Shown one piece after another: positions 1 to 15,100 of a stretch of DNA of 64,000 nucleotides; position 1 is the stretch's first letter, and each line of letters starts with the position of its first letter. This stretch comes from Botryllus schlosseri (Eukaryota): assembly GCA_051294905.1 (NCBI GenBank), contig CM119372.1, forward strand, positions 39,992,001 through 40,056,000, given 5' to 3'. Position numbers and translations under genes: made by a program. The notes under the pieces were generated by a model. The model saw only the letters and a list, made by a program, of their open reading frames with translations. It was not told the origin of the DNA and did not search any database.

Positions 1-186
1 CGCCCGTCGAGCCCCACTCGCGATTTTAGCCGCAGAATCGTGACTTTTGGGGTGCATGAGCAGGAAATGCTGCTCCAAAAGGTTCTGCGAGTCGCTGACG
101 TTTCGGTATTCGCAGAACTGGCAGCGGAACGACCATTTCGAACCGAGCCCGTTCGAATCGAAGTAAACGGGGGTACGGAAACCGAT
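1..186 (-). CDS. Fox gene exon encoding C2H2 zinc finger ([27 protein letters not shown]); continues beyond window
   Basis: Acceptor TTTGTTTTGCAG|ATC at 186, phase 0; open to base 1; C-X2-C-X14-H-X4-H. Not listed in the ORF track (no start codon in this frame). Confidence 0.75.
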   Translation of the reverse strand, partial: MGFRTPVYFDSNGLGSKWSFRCQFCEYRNVSDSQNLLEQHFLLMHPKSHDSAAKIASGARRA

Positions 187-3100
187 CTGCAAAACAAACT
201 AACTTGAAGTCGTAGAGAAAAGACACACGAAAGCAAAAGTAGACGCCCCCCATAGCAGCTGTTTACGAAGTGTTTACAAAATAAGAGGTAGTTGCGCAAC
301 AATCGGTTCCGCTACGATGAGCGTCACGTATGAAATACCACAGCTATCTCAAGAATATAGTAGACCCCAATCATATTCCTAGCCTAACCCAGGCTCAACT
401 TTAACTAGTAATAGGCACAATGATTCGAGAACTAATTTTGATGATTCGAGTCGAGCAGTGAGATATGATCTTCTTGAAACTGAAACGATATACGCTACTT
501 GCCAGTAAGAGTGAGTTTCGATCGTATTTGCCACCGCCGAAGCCTCGAAAGATTGGTTGTATCGCAGCATACGAAACATGCGTAATATATCTACGTACGT
601 TAGTGAAAATCACATATCTGTGAAGTTATGGTCGACCCATACAGCATTGTCACAAGGTGCAATGAAATAGGTAAGGCACAAGAAATACAAAATGATCTTT
701 AATGTGATGTAACACTGGCATTATATTCAGCTTTCCACAACGATTCAGAATAAAATCTTTGCCGAGCCCGAGTCATAAGAAGAGTTCGCAAAATCAGTTT
801 CAAATCTCACCTCAACCCCGTCGTACATCACAGGCGTCTTCCCGGATCCGGACTTTGCCCCGGATTGATTCCTATCTCCGGAACTCAAGTCCGGCAGCAT
901 CGGGAACATGTTGAAGTTTTTCTGCATGGCGGCCGCGATCATCCACTGCTGTTTCAAACTTTCGACCGGAGACTCCGGATGGTTCCGGTTGTCCGAAGGC
1001 GGGTTCAGACTTTTCGTGAACGTGTTGACGTTGACCTGCATCTCGTCCAGCGAGGAGAGGGAGTTTGGGCGCCTGTCCTGGTTTTGGGAGATTCCATCTG
1101 GGAGTTTTGTAGCGATTGGTAAAGCTTGACAAATAGAAAATGTTCGGCATTGCGAAATTCGACTCGAATTTCAATGACAGGCTATAGCTACACACCTTTT
1201 TCCAAATAACAATAGAATTAGAATTATAGCTACACACAGCAAATATCAAATCAGTGTTGGTTCCCATAAGCACAAGCCTGATAAATGTCTGCAGAGCGAT
1301 CTTGGCTCGTTACGCATGATACAGCTCTGCTATAGCATTTTCAGGAAATCCATAAATTGGATTGGAATTAAAATGGGAGCATAGGAGCATTTCATCAATT
1401 AAATCCAGGCATTCCGCAATACTTAGTATAGTTAGACAACCAGAATTATCTTCTGGTTTTGGTGGACAGTTCATTTTGTGTACCAATATTCGCTCGTAAT
1501 GCATGAGATGCGGTCCATTTATTGTGACTAGGCGACAACTTGGGGTACGCCAAAGGACTGCGGATTAGCATATAGGTCTGCCGGGTCAGTAAAGGTTAAT
1601 AACCACTGACCTATCGGCGAACACTCAATTTGAATATCCGCGATATTTGCGGCGTGTGAATAATACGGTGAGCTAACACTAATTGTGACGCAACACGCAC
1701 ATGTTCGAGACGTTATCCAATTACAGATTGGGAGAAAACGGCTGAAAACGCGCTAAACCAGGATGTTTACATTCCCCTACACAAAAACGATACTAGGAAT
1801 AACAAGGGTTGTTTTAATAACGAGGGATGTCCGCCATCTTGTTATTACATCGACCATACGTTCTCAAATAAACGGTACGATCAATTGGAAACAATTTCCT
1901 GTTATCGACGCGACAATCATCGTTACCCGAGTGGAATTATCCGTAAACAATACACAGATATCGCTGGTACAAACACGCGAAACAAGGTATAGCCTTCAAT
2001 ACAATACGCGGTCGAAGTAGTACATAATTTCATGTCTTAAAATGCTAAGGTAAATAGTTCGTAAACGTAGAATTAGTCGAGGTTGCTATCCTTGCTAGTC
2101 AAGTAGAAGCGGAAGTAACACGTTAAAGTTCTACTGAGTTGCAAGAGCAAGTACTGATGTCAAAGATACTTCAAGTGGAAGAAGAAACGAAAGCTCTACA
2201 AGTTCTCAAACAAGTAGTTTCTTGCGACTTGGACTAATCTAATTCCTTATCTCATTAGTGAAATATTTCTATGCTCTAATTTTAATTCGAATCTAATTTC
2301 CGGTCATGCCGTAAATCCTACTGAAGAACTGTACATTGCGAAACGAGCCAAGCTTGCTGTATTTTGCCATTCTCTGACTTGATGCGAATCAGCTCTGATA
2401 TGATATGAACTGAAGTTGATATTTGTTGTGTTTTTTTCGAATTCTAATCCAATTTTAAAAATCAAACTGTGTAGCTGTAATTCTAATATTTTGTAAAGCT
2501 CTGAAATATTCTAATAACAACTCTGTTCAATAGTCCACAAACCTAGAGACGGTCCCTCGCCGTGTTTCAAAACCAGCATTTTCGGGTTCTTGCAACCGGC
2601 CTGCGGGTCCGAACCGGGACTGCATGGTCTCTTGAGCGCCTTGTGTCCTGTCGAGGCGTCTGGGGTGTGTGCGCGGGAATGCCAGACCAATTTCTTTTCT
2701 CGGGCTGCTGTGTCGTAGGCTTCCCGTTGTTTGGTTCTGTTATCTTGACAGAAGAAAAATTCCATTTGAAGACACTCTTGGAGGTACAGAATTTCAAAAT
2801 ACAATTGAATAATATTTTTACATTGAAATTAGCCTGAATAGTTAGCGCTGTCGGGTGTCAACAGACTTGTGCAAACTTCTGGATTTTAAAAATTCACAGC
2901 TAGAACTAGAACGACTCACTTTTCAAAATTTTCAACTGGTAATAAGACGACTAGACGAGAACTACTAATTTTCCAAATCTCGCAACTAGGACTACTCAAT
3001 AAAACGGGAGTTAGTTGACACTATTAACCTTCTAGATCGGTAGTTTGTGCGAATCTACTTGGAGGTACAGAGCTTGAATAGAGGATTAAATAATATGCTA

Positions 3101-6100
3101 TTCAAGTTCACATTTCTTGGCTTACTTTCATTGTTTTGAATCCCTTTTTTGTTTTTGTAGGCTGAAATGGGGGCCAGGGTAGCGCCCCTCCTGCGCCTGC
3201 GCTTGAAGCTGTTCTCGTTCCCGAATTCTTCGAACCCCTCCCTCGTCATCGTCCAGTAGTTCGACTTCGCGGCGTTCTCGTATCGAGGCACTGGGTCGAA
3301 ATATTCAAGTTCATTTTTGTTATTTATTTTTATTTTTTTATTTTTTTAGTTTCCCCGAACTACTCCCTGAAATCGGAGTGTTTTCAAACCACTTCCACTT
3401 GTACTTTACAGTTTGTGACGCAAAACTACTCATTTGTTACACGTAGACTTTTGTAAAGCGACTAAGGCGAACATGCATCTTGCGAATTCGACAGTAGCCA
3501 ACTTCGAATTACTACTAATAAGAGTATGCGTCGTCTACACCAAATCTACTTATACTACTTCGCAGTTTTAATGCATGACATACCATATCTTGACGTAGTT
3601 TTCACATCTCGGTACTTGTACTTGTAATTGGGTGGAACTTATCGCTGTGACTTTCTGCGTCTACTCGAGTAGCAATGATCAGCAAATTCGCCCCAATATA
3701 CATTTTCAAACCGGCTACATCAGTTCTTTTTAGACATGACGTGATATGCTTTTACTTGAAGCAGGTTCAGCATGTAATCGTTTTAATAACTTTTAAATCA
3801 GTACAAGTTTAGTACGTTACTAATACTTCTACTAGGATTTCATCGCTGGCTATTTGGACGATACAGGACTCGAATAAAACGTAAAAAATCACCTTTTATG
3901 AAACACTGGTTAAGACTGAGGTTGTGTCGGATTGAGTTCTGCCAAGCCGATTTATCATGTCCGAATTTATAGTACGGAAAATTGTTCATGATATAATCGT
4001 AGATCCCGCGTAGCGTGATCAAATTCCCTGGACTGTCCAAGATAGCAGACGCTATCAAAGCCGGGTAAGTGTGCGGAGGTCGCTTGTAGGTACATTTCCC
4101 GTCTGCGCTACCGCGACGACCCCCGTTTTCTGCAGCGGCCGCTTCCTTATGGCCCACGATGCCTCTAGTTGGGGTTCGACCCAACGGTGCAGTGGGAGAT
4201 ACTCTGATTCCTTGTGGATTTGCGTCTCTTTGATGGGGTAAAAACGGGCTTTGGAAGTAAGTCTGATCTCGATATCCGGCGTGGGTCATCAAAGTGTTGT
4301 AAGCTTCTATTGAAGAAATAGCCGACTGTGATGGGATAAGAGAAGGGGGTCCGGCCCCTTTTGTCACGTCATCGTTGTAAGATCTATCTCGTTTATTTGG
4401 TGATTCTGCGGTTGAATTCGATCCGTATCCGTTAAAAGTATCGTGCAACTGGTGCGCGTTAACAAAATTTTGCGCTAAATGTCGCATTACGTCCGTGTGG
4501 GTGTCCTGGGGCGATTTGGGGCTCGGGGTTCGATGTTCCGCGCTGTGCGCGCTGTTGTACGATGAAGCGGGCGACGGTTGGCGCGCGTATATCTCCGCGC
4601 GCGATTCTTGCAGCGCCATAGGCTCTTGCTTGATCAAAGTCGACATGGTCATGTTTTCTGCCTTGTCTTCGTCACAATGCGACTCGAATTGTTTACAATT
4701 TTCGTTGTCCGAAGATGTGGCTTGAGGCGAATCGACTCTATCGTTCTCGAGAATAATCTGCCCTGAACGTTGGATGTCTATCATTCCTTCCGCGGGGATA
4801 GGATTGCTTGCGACGCCGCGTAGAGCTGATAAATTCTCTCCTTTGTGATTAATCTGTATCGTGCTGGCGCACTGCGACTCACTACTGACGATGTTCGAGT
4901 CTGACGCGCACGCTTTTAAGAGGGCGTCTCCTTTTTTCGCTTTCAACATACGACTCACTACAAGGTCGAGATTTCTGCTTTTTGTTGAATTTTTCGCGTT
5001 TATATCTTCGAAGCTATTATCTTGTATCGGGTTTGTATCGTGGGCTGATGTAAACACAGATTGTTTGGCATTCCCGGGCTCTTCGCACGCTATGATATGT
5101 TTAGGGCTGTTCTTCGTCGCGTTTTGGTTTGGCGTTCCGTGCGAAGCTTTGAAATTGATCGAAAGGCGATTATAAACAAGAATGTACACCGCGATATTAA
5201 CAGTGAACACGTATCTAAAAAGGTAAACACAATACTATGATTCGCGTACCCCATACTGGCCGCGTACATAGCACTTTTTCTATAGTACGCGCGCAAATTG
5301 ATAACGAATGTAAAGTCGGGCACGATTATTGGAGTACTTGAATCTAAATACAGTATTCATTGTAATGATTCGAGTCGATCATATTCGATGATATTTTTCA
5401 GTACTGAAATGATACGCTCTCGTATAGCTAAAAAATCAGTTATCCACAAATATGATAGTTTCGAGTTTCGATACTATTTCCACTGTGGAAGCCTTGAAAC
5501 CTTGATTGGTCGCATCGCAGCGTACGAAACATATAGTACAAAGCTACGTACGTTAGTGGAAATGACTTATCTGTGAAGTAGCGATCAACCCACAGCATTG
5601 TCTCAAAGTGCGATGAAATAGGTATGGTCGCAAATACCAATCTTTAATATGATGTAGAACTGGCGTTATATACTTGGTAGTCGCGTAAAAGGTGCATATG
5701 CGAACTTTCATCGTTTATACTGTTTTGAAGTCATAAAATGTGGTAATAAAACACTCGACTCGAAGACTCATAATCGATTCAGAATCGAATCATTCAGACA
5801 CTCCAATTTCCCCAGCCTTAATTACGATATTTCTTACACAATATTAGAAACAAAATTAGGCTGCGTACCGAAATAACTCCTTCAAAACAATTGTCGCCGG
5901 ACCGATTACGAGGAAAATGTTTCTCGAATACGTGTCAATTAGCAACAAACCCAATTATAAACAGGAATGTCACAATACATTAGCGTCATATCACGGTGAA
6001 ATTCGCAATTACACAGAATAGCAAATCGTCTCTACAGACACACAATTTGACGGCGTTAACGAAGGCTAGACGCAGCCTTTCACTTTGCATTCAGTGTTAC

Positions 6101-9100
6101 GTTGCCGCTAATTAACGACTTCAACACCGTAATTGAGCCTATGCGTTGAGTGTCTCACATATTCATAGTTTCCTGGTTTGTGTAGATTACGCGAAACCAG
6201 CGCATCGTGCGAGGGATTCCATGTTTGTTGATTGTTCGGACCGGTGCCTCTGACAAGCGTTTCCTATTGCTGTGTAAAATTACAGCGCTGTAAATCGCCC
6301 TACAAGCTGCTGTTTTATGGCCTTGTTGCGATACAAAGCATGATTATTATGCGTTTTAGATAGCTGCGAATGTAACATTATCCCACAGGATATGAACGCA
6401 CACCCGTTAGACCTAAAGAAGCATAAAACACGAGTAAATAGTTGTGATATGACTGCCTGGTCCGGTTTTTGTTATACACAATCATATCATCTCATTTACA
6501 GCCGCCGATCACTATCACGGGAAACCGTGCTAATACCAGTATTCACAAATATCCTGCCTGATACATTCTACCTTATTATGCAGCTAAATTCGACACCAAC
6601 ACCGCAATCTGCTTCGGACACAGCGTCCGGCACGCATTATTAGAAATAAAGCTTATGATAAATATTCTGCGCGCGTTTGTTTCCACTCTTTGTTGTCGCT
6701 AAGCGTCTGATCTAAGCATAGCGTCATATAAATTAAACCAAATGCGCGTGTATATACAGTGACTTATGCAGTGACAAAAGACTGTAAAGAAAGCTAACTT
6801 GTGAGTACGACGCCGTGAATAACATCGAACTAATCGAGATGGCTTACTATATGCGTCACAACTAGTTATTAATCACTATTTAACAGCACATATTGCATAG
6901 CTGTATCATACCTGCTACAATATCACAAACAACGTCGGTACGATTCTGTATAGCATCTACGCGGGCTGTTATAAACAGCTTGGCCGTAAACAAGTACGCC
7001 AATAAAGGCTACAATGGTCGAGATTGCTTCGCGCGAGAAGTTTGTTTACATGATTCGGAAGACCGCATGACGTAACACTCTGTGCGACGAGGAAATGTCA
7101 TATTTGAAATAGCGCTTGTCAGCTACACAAAGGATACTAATACTAACGTTTGCTAGTAATTCGGTTGGGCATAATGATTCGAGTACCCGAATATGAATCG
7201 AGTAGTCATTCTACTGATTCGAGTCTAGTAGTGACAGATGATTTTCTTCGACTACTAAAATGATACCTTCCTCGTCACTAACAGTTGACTTATCGACAAT
7301 AATTATAGTTTCGATACGATTTTCCAGTACAGAAGCCTTGCAACTACGATAGCTCGTCGCGCAGCATACGAAACTGTGGTACAAAGCTACGCACGTTACT
7401 GCAAATGATATATCTGTCAAATCTTGACCAACTCACAGCATTGCCACAAAGTGCAACGAAATAAGTATGGTTGAAAAATACCGAATCATCATTAATGTGA
7501 ATAGAATTGGCTATGTATTAATCGTAGCCGCATAAAGGAAAATATTTAAACTTTATACATTTTTCACACTGCTTTGACGCCATCATTAGTGATACACAAA
7601 TACTCGACACGGCCCGAAGCCTAACATTCGATTCAGAATCAAATCGCTAAGGTAATCAATTTTTCCAAGCTCTAATATTACTACTAAGCGCAAATAGCAC
7701 CCACTATGCGTGTCTGGTGTATTTGTATCGCATATATACTGCATCTTAGTTTACACACTCTCTCGAGTTGTGTTTTCGACACAGAAAGTCTCAGCGTATT
7801 TCGCGGTAACAAAGGCCTTAGCGCGACTGAGCTGCGCACTGGCGACGCCTGAAAGTTTTCTTCAGTAAAAGCGGACGTACCGAAACTAAGAGTCACACCG
7901 GTACTTACGAAAATGATCGCCAAGACATCCGGGAACTAATGAGCCAACATTTCAGCCTGTGTTGAATATACAAAACCCTAGCCAGGCTTCATAAACCAGA
8001 CTCGGCCCAACTAGATCATTCCAGTTGTCTGGTTGGATTAACTAGCGTGAAATGGCTGGTAATATAATTTGTGAAATGTTCTCATTTCTCTTCTAACTTC
8101 TCATCTATTTTCCGGATTTCATGAAAATGCTGCAGGAGAAATGTATGATGCGAAAATACCCAAGCTTGTTGTACATTGTACAGTAAAGGCATTGCCATTC
8201 TCGTGCCTTTGATGAGAATGAACTCTAATTTGATATGAAGTGAACTTCGTTTTGTTGAATTTCTTTCAAATTCCATATTTAATTCAATTTCCAAGTTTTT
8301 TCGAACTCAGTGATACAGTAACATAGGGTCACCATATTTTGGAAGCGGGAAAGGAGAACACTTTTTCAAAATTTTCAAACTTAGGATAGCGGAGAAAAAT
8401 CTTGAAATAATGGTAAATTGTTCCCACTTCGTGGTCGGTCGACTGAAAAAAAATAAAAGGTCAAATTTCTCGCTCAGCGCCCAAAATACAGTTTTTTCTT
8501 TCACGTTAACAGATGGTTGACTAAAAAAAGGTCATATTTTCGGCTCAGCTCCCGAAATACCCCCCGGAGCTTTACTTCGGTGCTGATTTACGGAATCTCA
8601 CTACAATTTCACAGTAAATTTGATCAAAATTCTCAAATAAGAGGACAAAATCTCGAAAATGGAGGACAAATCCTCCTAAAGGAGGACGTATGGTAACCCT
8701 AAGTCACAAAAGCAAAAAGCTTCTGTGTTACGCATCTAATACATTACTATCAAATAGTGACGCGCAAAATAAACTGCGCAGTGTGCATAAACATAGGGCT
8801 AAAAACAAAGCATTGAAACTTAGTTTTCACACTAAACAAAAAGACGAGAATGAATATTTACAGCAAATAGGTCGACTCCAGAATTCCTGCTTAAGTGTTG
8901 GAGGTTGAAGGCTCCTCTTCGCAATCTCATCCGCATAAGCGGCGTGTCTTACAAAAAGCCTAGAAGTGGGCCGTGCTACACGTCGGCAGATACGGAATCA
9001 AAACTTAGGAATATCGGCCTGGTGTAAATGACCATAGTAGCCGACAAACACCATAAATACCACAAACAACAACAACAACAACAACAGCAACAACTGTTGT

Positions 9101-12100
9101 GGGCCCAGGTGATTGTCTGATTTAATAGTCTATTTCAAGTCGCTTTGGCTCTTTCCTTACGTATTCATTGTTCATTTTACCGCAATCTTGTGGCGCTGTG
9201 AAATGAAATTATTAAAAAACCGAACTAAACAAAATCGATTCGAACGGGGAGTTTCAACTCGCGTTTTTTTCTTGAGGCCAAAATCGTTATTTTCTTACGT
9301 TTCGAGTAAAAGTAGTCCACACGAAACAGAATCCGTATCAACGTAAGCGTCGTTGTGAAGCCACATTAACTCGATTGTATTCTTGAAAGTATAGATGGGA
9401 GTCAGAAAATGCCTTTTCACGGTCCACGTCTCCAAGTGAGCACAAGGGCTGGGCACACCCGAAATCTCGAATTCGAATCGAGTATTCATCCTAATGATTC
9501 GAGTCGAGCAGTGAAATTAGACGCTTCTTGGCGTTAAGAGTTCATTTAGCAACAAGACTTATAGCTTCGATACTATTTTCCACTGTGGGAGTCGTAAAAC
9601 TTGATTGGTGGTATCGCAGCATACGAAACAGATAGTACCAAGCTACGCACGTTACTGGAAATTACATATCAGTCAAGTCGTTATCAATCCACAGCTAGGG
9701 TTGCATTCCCTTGTTTGAAACATGTTTTTTTTAAGCCAGGACGTCACGAATATTCGATTGTGACGTCATAGTGGATTGACATTGACAATTGAATATATTG
9801 GGTGACTATAGCTACTTTGACGAAATATCTGTACTATTGCTGTTGAACCGACTATTTAGAGCAGTGGTTCCCAACCAGTGGGGAATTCAATGGTTTCTGG
9901 TGGGGAATAGACGCATTTGTTGAAAATTATATACAGGACAGTCTACAGATTTACGGACACACATGCGCGATTACCGTTATCAGTTAACTGCTCTTGAATG
10001 TTTGTATCGAAAATTATATTGCGTGTTGTTCACAAAAACCCATTTTTAACATTGGATAGCCAATGATGGCGTCATAAACGCATCCAGCACGACCAGTATG
10101 ACGTGAAATAACGCTTTCGTTACATTTTGAGGGTTACCGTTACGTTTTATGTTGTACTTATAGGCGATTATCTTGCGTACTGGTGTGGATATGCGTCTTG
10201 TTTACTCAAACAAGCAAATAGCTTCTCCGTAATGACAAAAGTTTTGGGTAGTGGGGAATGAAGACTCGGAATAAATCTTAAGTGGGGAATGAAGACAAAA
10301 AGGTTGGGAACCACTGATTTAGAGGGTTCCAACCATCCCATATCGATATACGTCGGCTATATCGGGTGGTAATTGTCCGTAGGCTCATACAACATGTTTT
10401 TTGAAAAGTATTTACACAGCTATGGCATAATTTTACAACTTGAAAAAAGTATTTAAAGGCCTTTGTTTAAAACACTGTTTAAAACATGTTTTAAACAAAA
10501 GCGTTTTAAAAAACCGTTTGTTTTAAATGCAACCCTACCCACAACATTACCACACAGTGCAATGAAATAGGTATCGACTAGAATACAAAAAAAAATCGTA
10601 AATGTGATGTAGAACTGGCGTTATATTCTTTGTGGTCGCATGAAAGGTACATATCTGAATTTTCCACGTTATTCATACTGTCGTGACGTCAGAATGAGTG
10701 ATACCCGATTCGACCCGGAGCTACACGATTCAGAATCAAATCACTTAGTTACTCGATTTTGCCAAGCCCTGCTTCTTGCTATATATCTATCTTCTCCTCA
10801 CACGGTTCACAGCTATCTATACTGTATAGCTACTGTACAGCGTACACTGTGGAAAGCCCACGACGTAACGCTGTTAGCTTGCCAACGGCATATTCCCAAA
10901 AGCCGAAGCTATCAGCCAGCAGTGCGTTATGTTCGCAATGTAGTGAGATACGAGTGCATTTCTCCTAGCATCGTGATATGACCTGCATTACCGAACGCTA
11001 GTCACTCCATTTCACGTGACGCACTCTATAATGAACACTATTATTTATAAACATAGGTCGGCCACAGCGCTACAAACCCGAATTACCTATCAGTACGAAG
11101 CGCGAATAATCATCCACGGCAATAGTAGTTGACATGTTTGGCTGAAACCCAAGCTCAAAAATGATGACGACACAACTCCAATGCTACCAACCTGCAGCAA
11201 GTGACGAATTTCGGTACAACACTCGATTAAAATTTCCACAAAGTGTAGAACTATTTGCGATACGTATTCCGCGTTTTGCAATAACGGTTTCGTTTGAATT
11301 TAGTTTGCTGACGTATTTTTCAGTATAGTGACCGAAAAAATATTGGGAATCACCGACACCGTATGAATAACTAATACCACGTAATAAATACTCAAAAATA
11401 CAACACTATACCCGTGTTTATTATAAACAAATGTAATGAGTGCACGACGTGAGGTGGATATAATATTGATAGCAGATTTGAACAACTACATAATTCTAGT
11501 TGTCTGATTAGACCAGTGGTTCTCAAACTGGGGGGCGGGAAGCACCGGTCAACTGAAAAAAAAATTCGCACTGCGCGTGATTTGACGTAAATTCTCAGTT
11601 ATATCTCTGTGTATAGTCCTAATTTGATATTTGAGAATTCTCTCATCAACAGTCATAACTTTCTATGCCATCAAACAAGCCGTTTGGATTGCTAGCATCC
11701 TTGTTGCATTTTGTGATATGACGATAAGGAGGGCGCGAAATAGTTCCCAATCAAAAAGGGGGGCGTGTCTAAAAATGTTTGAGAACCACTGGATTAGACG
11801 AATAAGAACGAGATGCCATTAATTTAATTTACGAAATGCTATTCTAGATTCTGATTTGCTAAACATGAGACAGGAGGACTGTATCGTGCAAAACGAGTCA
11901 AGATCGCTGTACAGTATACACACATTTGCCATTGTAATGCTTATTAGATTGAATCTTGATTTGATATGAGCTGAACGGGATTTTGTTGCATTTCTTTCTA
12001 TTTCAAAATTAAAATCGATTTCCAAGTCCTTTTTTGCTGTATTTCTTTTGTGAATTCAGTGATTCGAATACTACTTAGGAACATCTAAAAGTTTGCTACT

Positions 12101-15100
12101 TGTCCAATTCTACCTGCATGGACTCTGCCTTCGTCTCTCAATGCTCGGTACTAACCAACAAGCTCACACATAAGATCATAAAGGTCAAGAAGACACATAT
12201 TATCATGTTAGCCAACTAATCTATAACGATTCATGAAGACTACCTCGCTTACACTACACGAATCATGACCAGGCCACGAGCATAGGCGCACATGAACAGC
12301 TCCAAGAGACACGATACCACCATTTCATAACATAACATGCCTCGCAAACGCCGCATATCGCCGTTATTCGGCGGAAGGCGTGCACCGGATTGATTTATAT
12401 TCGCACCACGGATGGAAACCGCGCTCTGATGAAAGAATAACTCGTTAGTACGATTATTGATGTCATAAGTGTGGCAATGTTTTCTTATTTTAATTTCGCG
12501 CCTGATCACGAAAACATCACCACCGGAATTCGAAATGCGTTTGCTGCATCGGAAGCATTACTTCCCGGTGCGTGAAAAGGTGCTTTTGCAAAGAAGGATG
12601 GCATCATAATAATTTGATCTACATATCAAACAGAGTTCGAAAACTAGGACATTCACATGTTTTCCAAATTAGATCACAATTAGAATGAATGAATTCGCCG
12701 GAAACTTATATTGAATTCCAACGATTTAGAAAGAGATACAACAAAAATCAAGTCCATGTCATATTACAGTTCATTCCCATAAACACGAGAATTGCAAATG
12801 TCTGTACAGCAGGCCAGTGGCCTAGCAGCCAATTGGCGCTTAGGGCTCCACGCCACGGGCGGCAGGCTGCTAGGGGCGGCAAAATGTGAGGTCATGACCC
12901 CTTTTTAGTCAACACAACAAGATTTCCAGTAAATATAATTCAAAAGATTGGAACTATTTCAGAGTTTGAAAGGCAGTTTCAACGAAAGCCATGGGCGGCG
13001 TCATGTGCTCCTACGCCACTGCAGCAAGCTTGGCCCGGCCCTCACTACACAGTTCTCCTGTAACATTTTCAGGAAAACTAGACATTCGATTATAGAAAGG
13101 AAATGATAACATAAAAAAATTTTACACTTAGATTGGAATTAGATTACTGGCATTTCACTATAATTAAACAAATTGGTCAACTAGAATTATGTAGTACTTC
13201 AATTATGTTCTGAAAAGGTTTGCGTCACGCAAAGATTATGGATATTTGCCATGCGATAAATAATTGAACCATAAGATGCCTTTTTGAAATCGGTTTTAAT
13301 ATTATTTATAATTTAAAAAATCATTCTATAAAAACGAAGGTCTTTTGCACCATGAGCTGAATTAATTCCAACAACATAAACTAATTGATTAATCTCGACG
13401 AGGACTGATATCCACAATATTGAGCTAATTGTCAATAATTAGATCCGCCGTCTTGATGCAACTACTGGCTACTATACAAATCGATTTTTTAAAACCAGTT
13501 TATATACTGTTGCCGTCGCTACGGCAATTTCTGGAACTAAAACACAAGCATAATTATATTATATGACGTGAATTTTGAGTCATGATTCATATCAATGATT
13601 GCATCATTACACGCTACATGGTAGGCTGTGGTAACCGGATGGGTAACTAATGCAATGAATTTGAAGTTGAGACATTAGATTTCTCAACGCAGGAGCAGAC
13701 TGGTACGAACTACTGGATTTTAAAAATGTGCAACTACAACTAGAACTGGAACTACTCACTTTTCAAAATTCACATTTACAACTAAAACTACCCACGTTTC
13801 AGAACCAGAAACTGGAATTCGAGCTATTCACTTTTCAAAACCCGCCACTATAGAACTAGAACTACTCACTTGTCAAAATTACCGAATAGAACTATAAAAG
13901 TAGAACTAATCACTTTTCAAAATATACAAGTAAAACTAGAACTGGAACTACTCACTGTTAAAAATCCGCAACTAGAAGTAGAGCTACTCACAAATATACA
14001 AAAAACGACACAGTCGTAAATAGTAGACGTACAATGATAGGCGTTTCCGTCAATACACATTCGGGTCACTTCGTATAAAATCAATTGGTGGTAACGTGAT
14101 AAAGCGTGTGGTTGCAAGTTACGTAAATGCGTTGTGCGATATCATCTTGATGCTATGTCCCAGGTTGAGTATCAATCACGATATTTATCGCGCGTGTAAT
14201 AACGATACAAGTCGTAACGAGATATTTCAGGAATGATTCTACAACTGTGTCATGCAAAACCGGCATGTTTCTACCTATACACTTTCACGAATGTAAAGCC
14301 TGATCGATGATCGGTGCGTCGACTATATCGATTCGATATCACAATTTGAAAGCAATATCGTTATCGGTAAAAATATCTGCCATTTTCGTGATTTCACAGC
14401 ATGACAGTAAGGAGTCCGAGCACTATAATGTGAGATTGTTCAACTAGGAATATTCATCTATTTCAAATAAATAACAAGTAGACATTGTTGGTACTCAAGT
14501 AGAAGTAGAAGTCACAAATGTGTACTCAAGTACAAGTGCATGGAAGCTGTGATTTCATTTTTGAGACTACATACTTTAAAAATTTTCAGCCGTTTCACTT
14601 TCTACTTGTACTTTTGGTAGTTTCTGACATGTACTGGAATTAACTACTGGTACTTGCATGTAAGAAGATGATTGAGCCATCACTTCTGCTTGCTTTGCTA
14701 CAAAATTGGCTACTTTTGCCTCTTCACTAAGTCTAAGGTTGCTAACGAATTACAAATGAATTTCAGACTTTTTGTGAATTTACTGCTTACCAGACTTGTA
14801 CAAAGTACTGGTTTGTCAAAGTGCGCAATTAGAGCTAGATCTGAAACTTATTGATTTTTAAAAATGCGCAATTAGAACTGGAATAAGAACTTCTGGATGT
14901 TCAAACTGCGCAATTAGACTAGGACTAATGACCATTAAAAATCCCCTACTATCTAAGGAAAACACAAGTAACTAATAACCGATTACATGGATTATTGAAT
15001 TTCAAGTAGAGATAGAATCGGCATTTCAAAAGGGGGCAAAGGGGCAACGTATCACTAATTATTTTATCGGAATCGGATCGGCTTCCCACACGAACTGAAC

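Noticed and set aside
26..253. 75-aa minus-strand ORF as the Fox terminal exon
   Set aside because: Wrong frame for the phase-0 donor at 811; the alternative frame from 186 gives a zinc finger.
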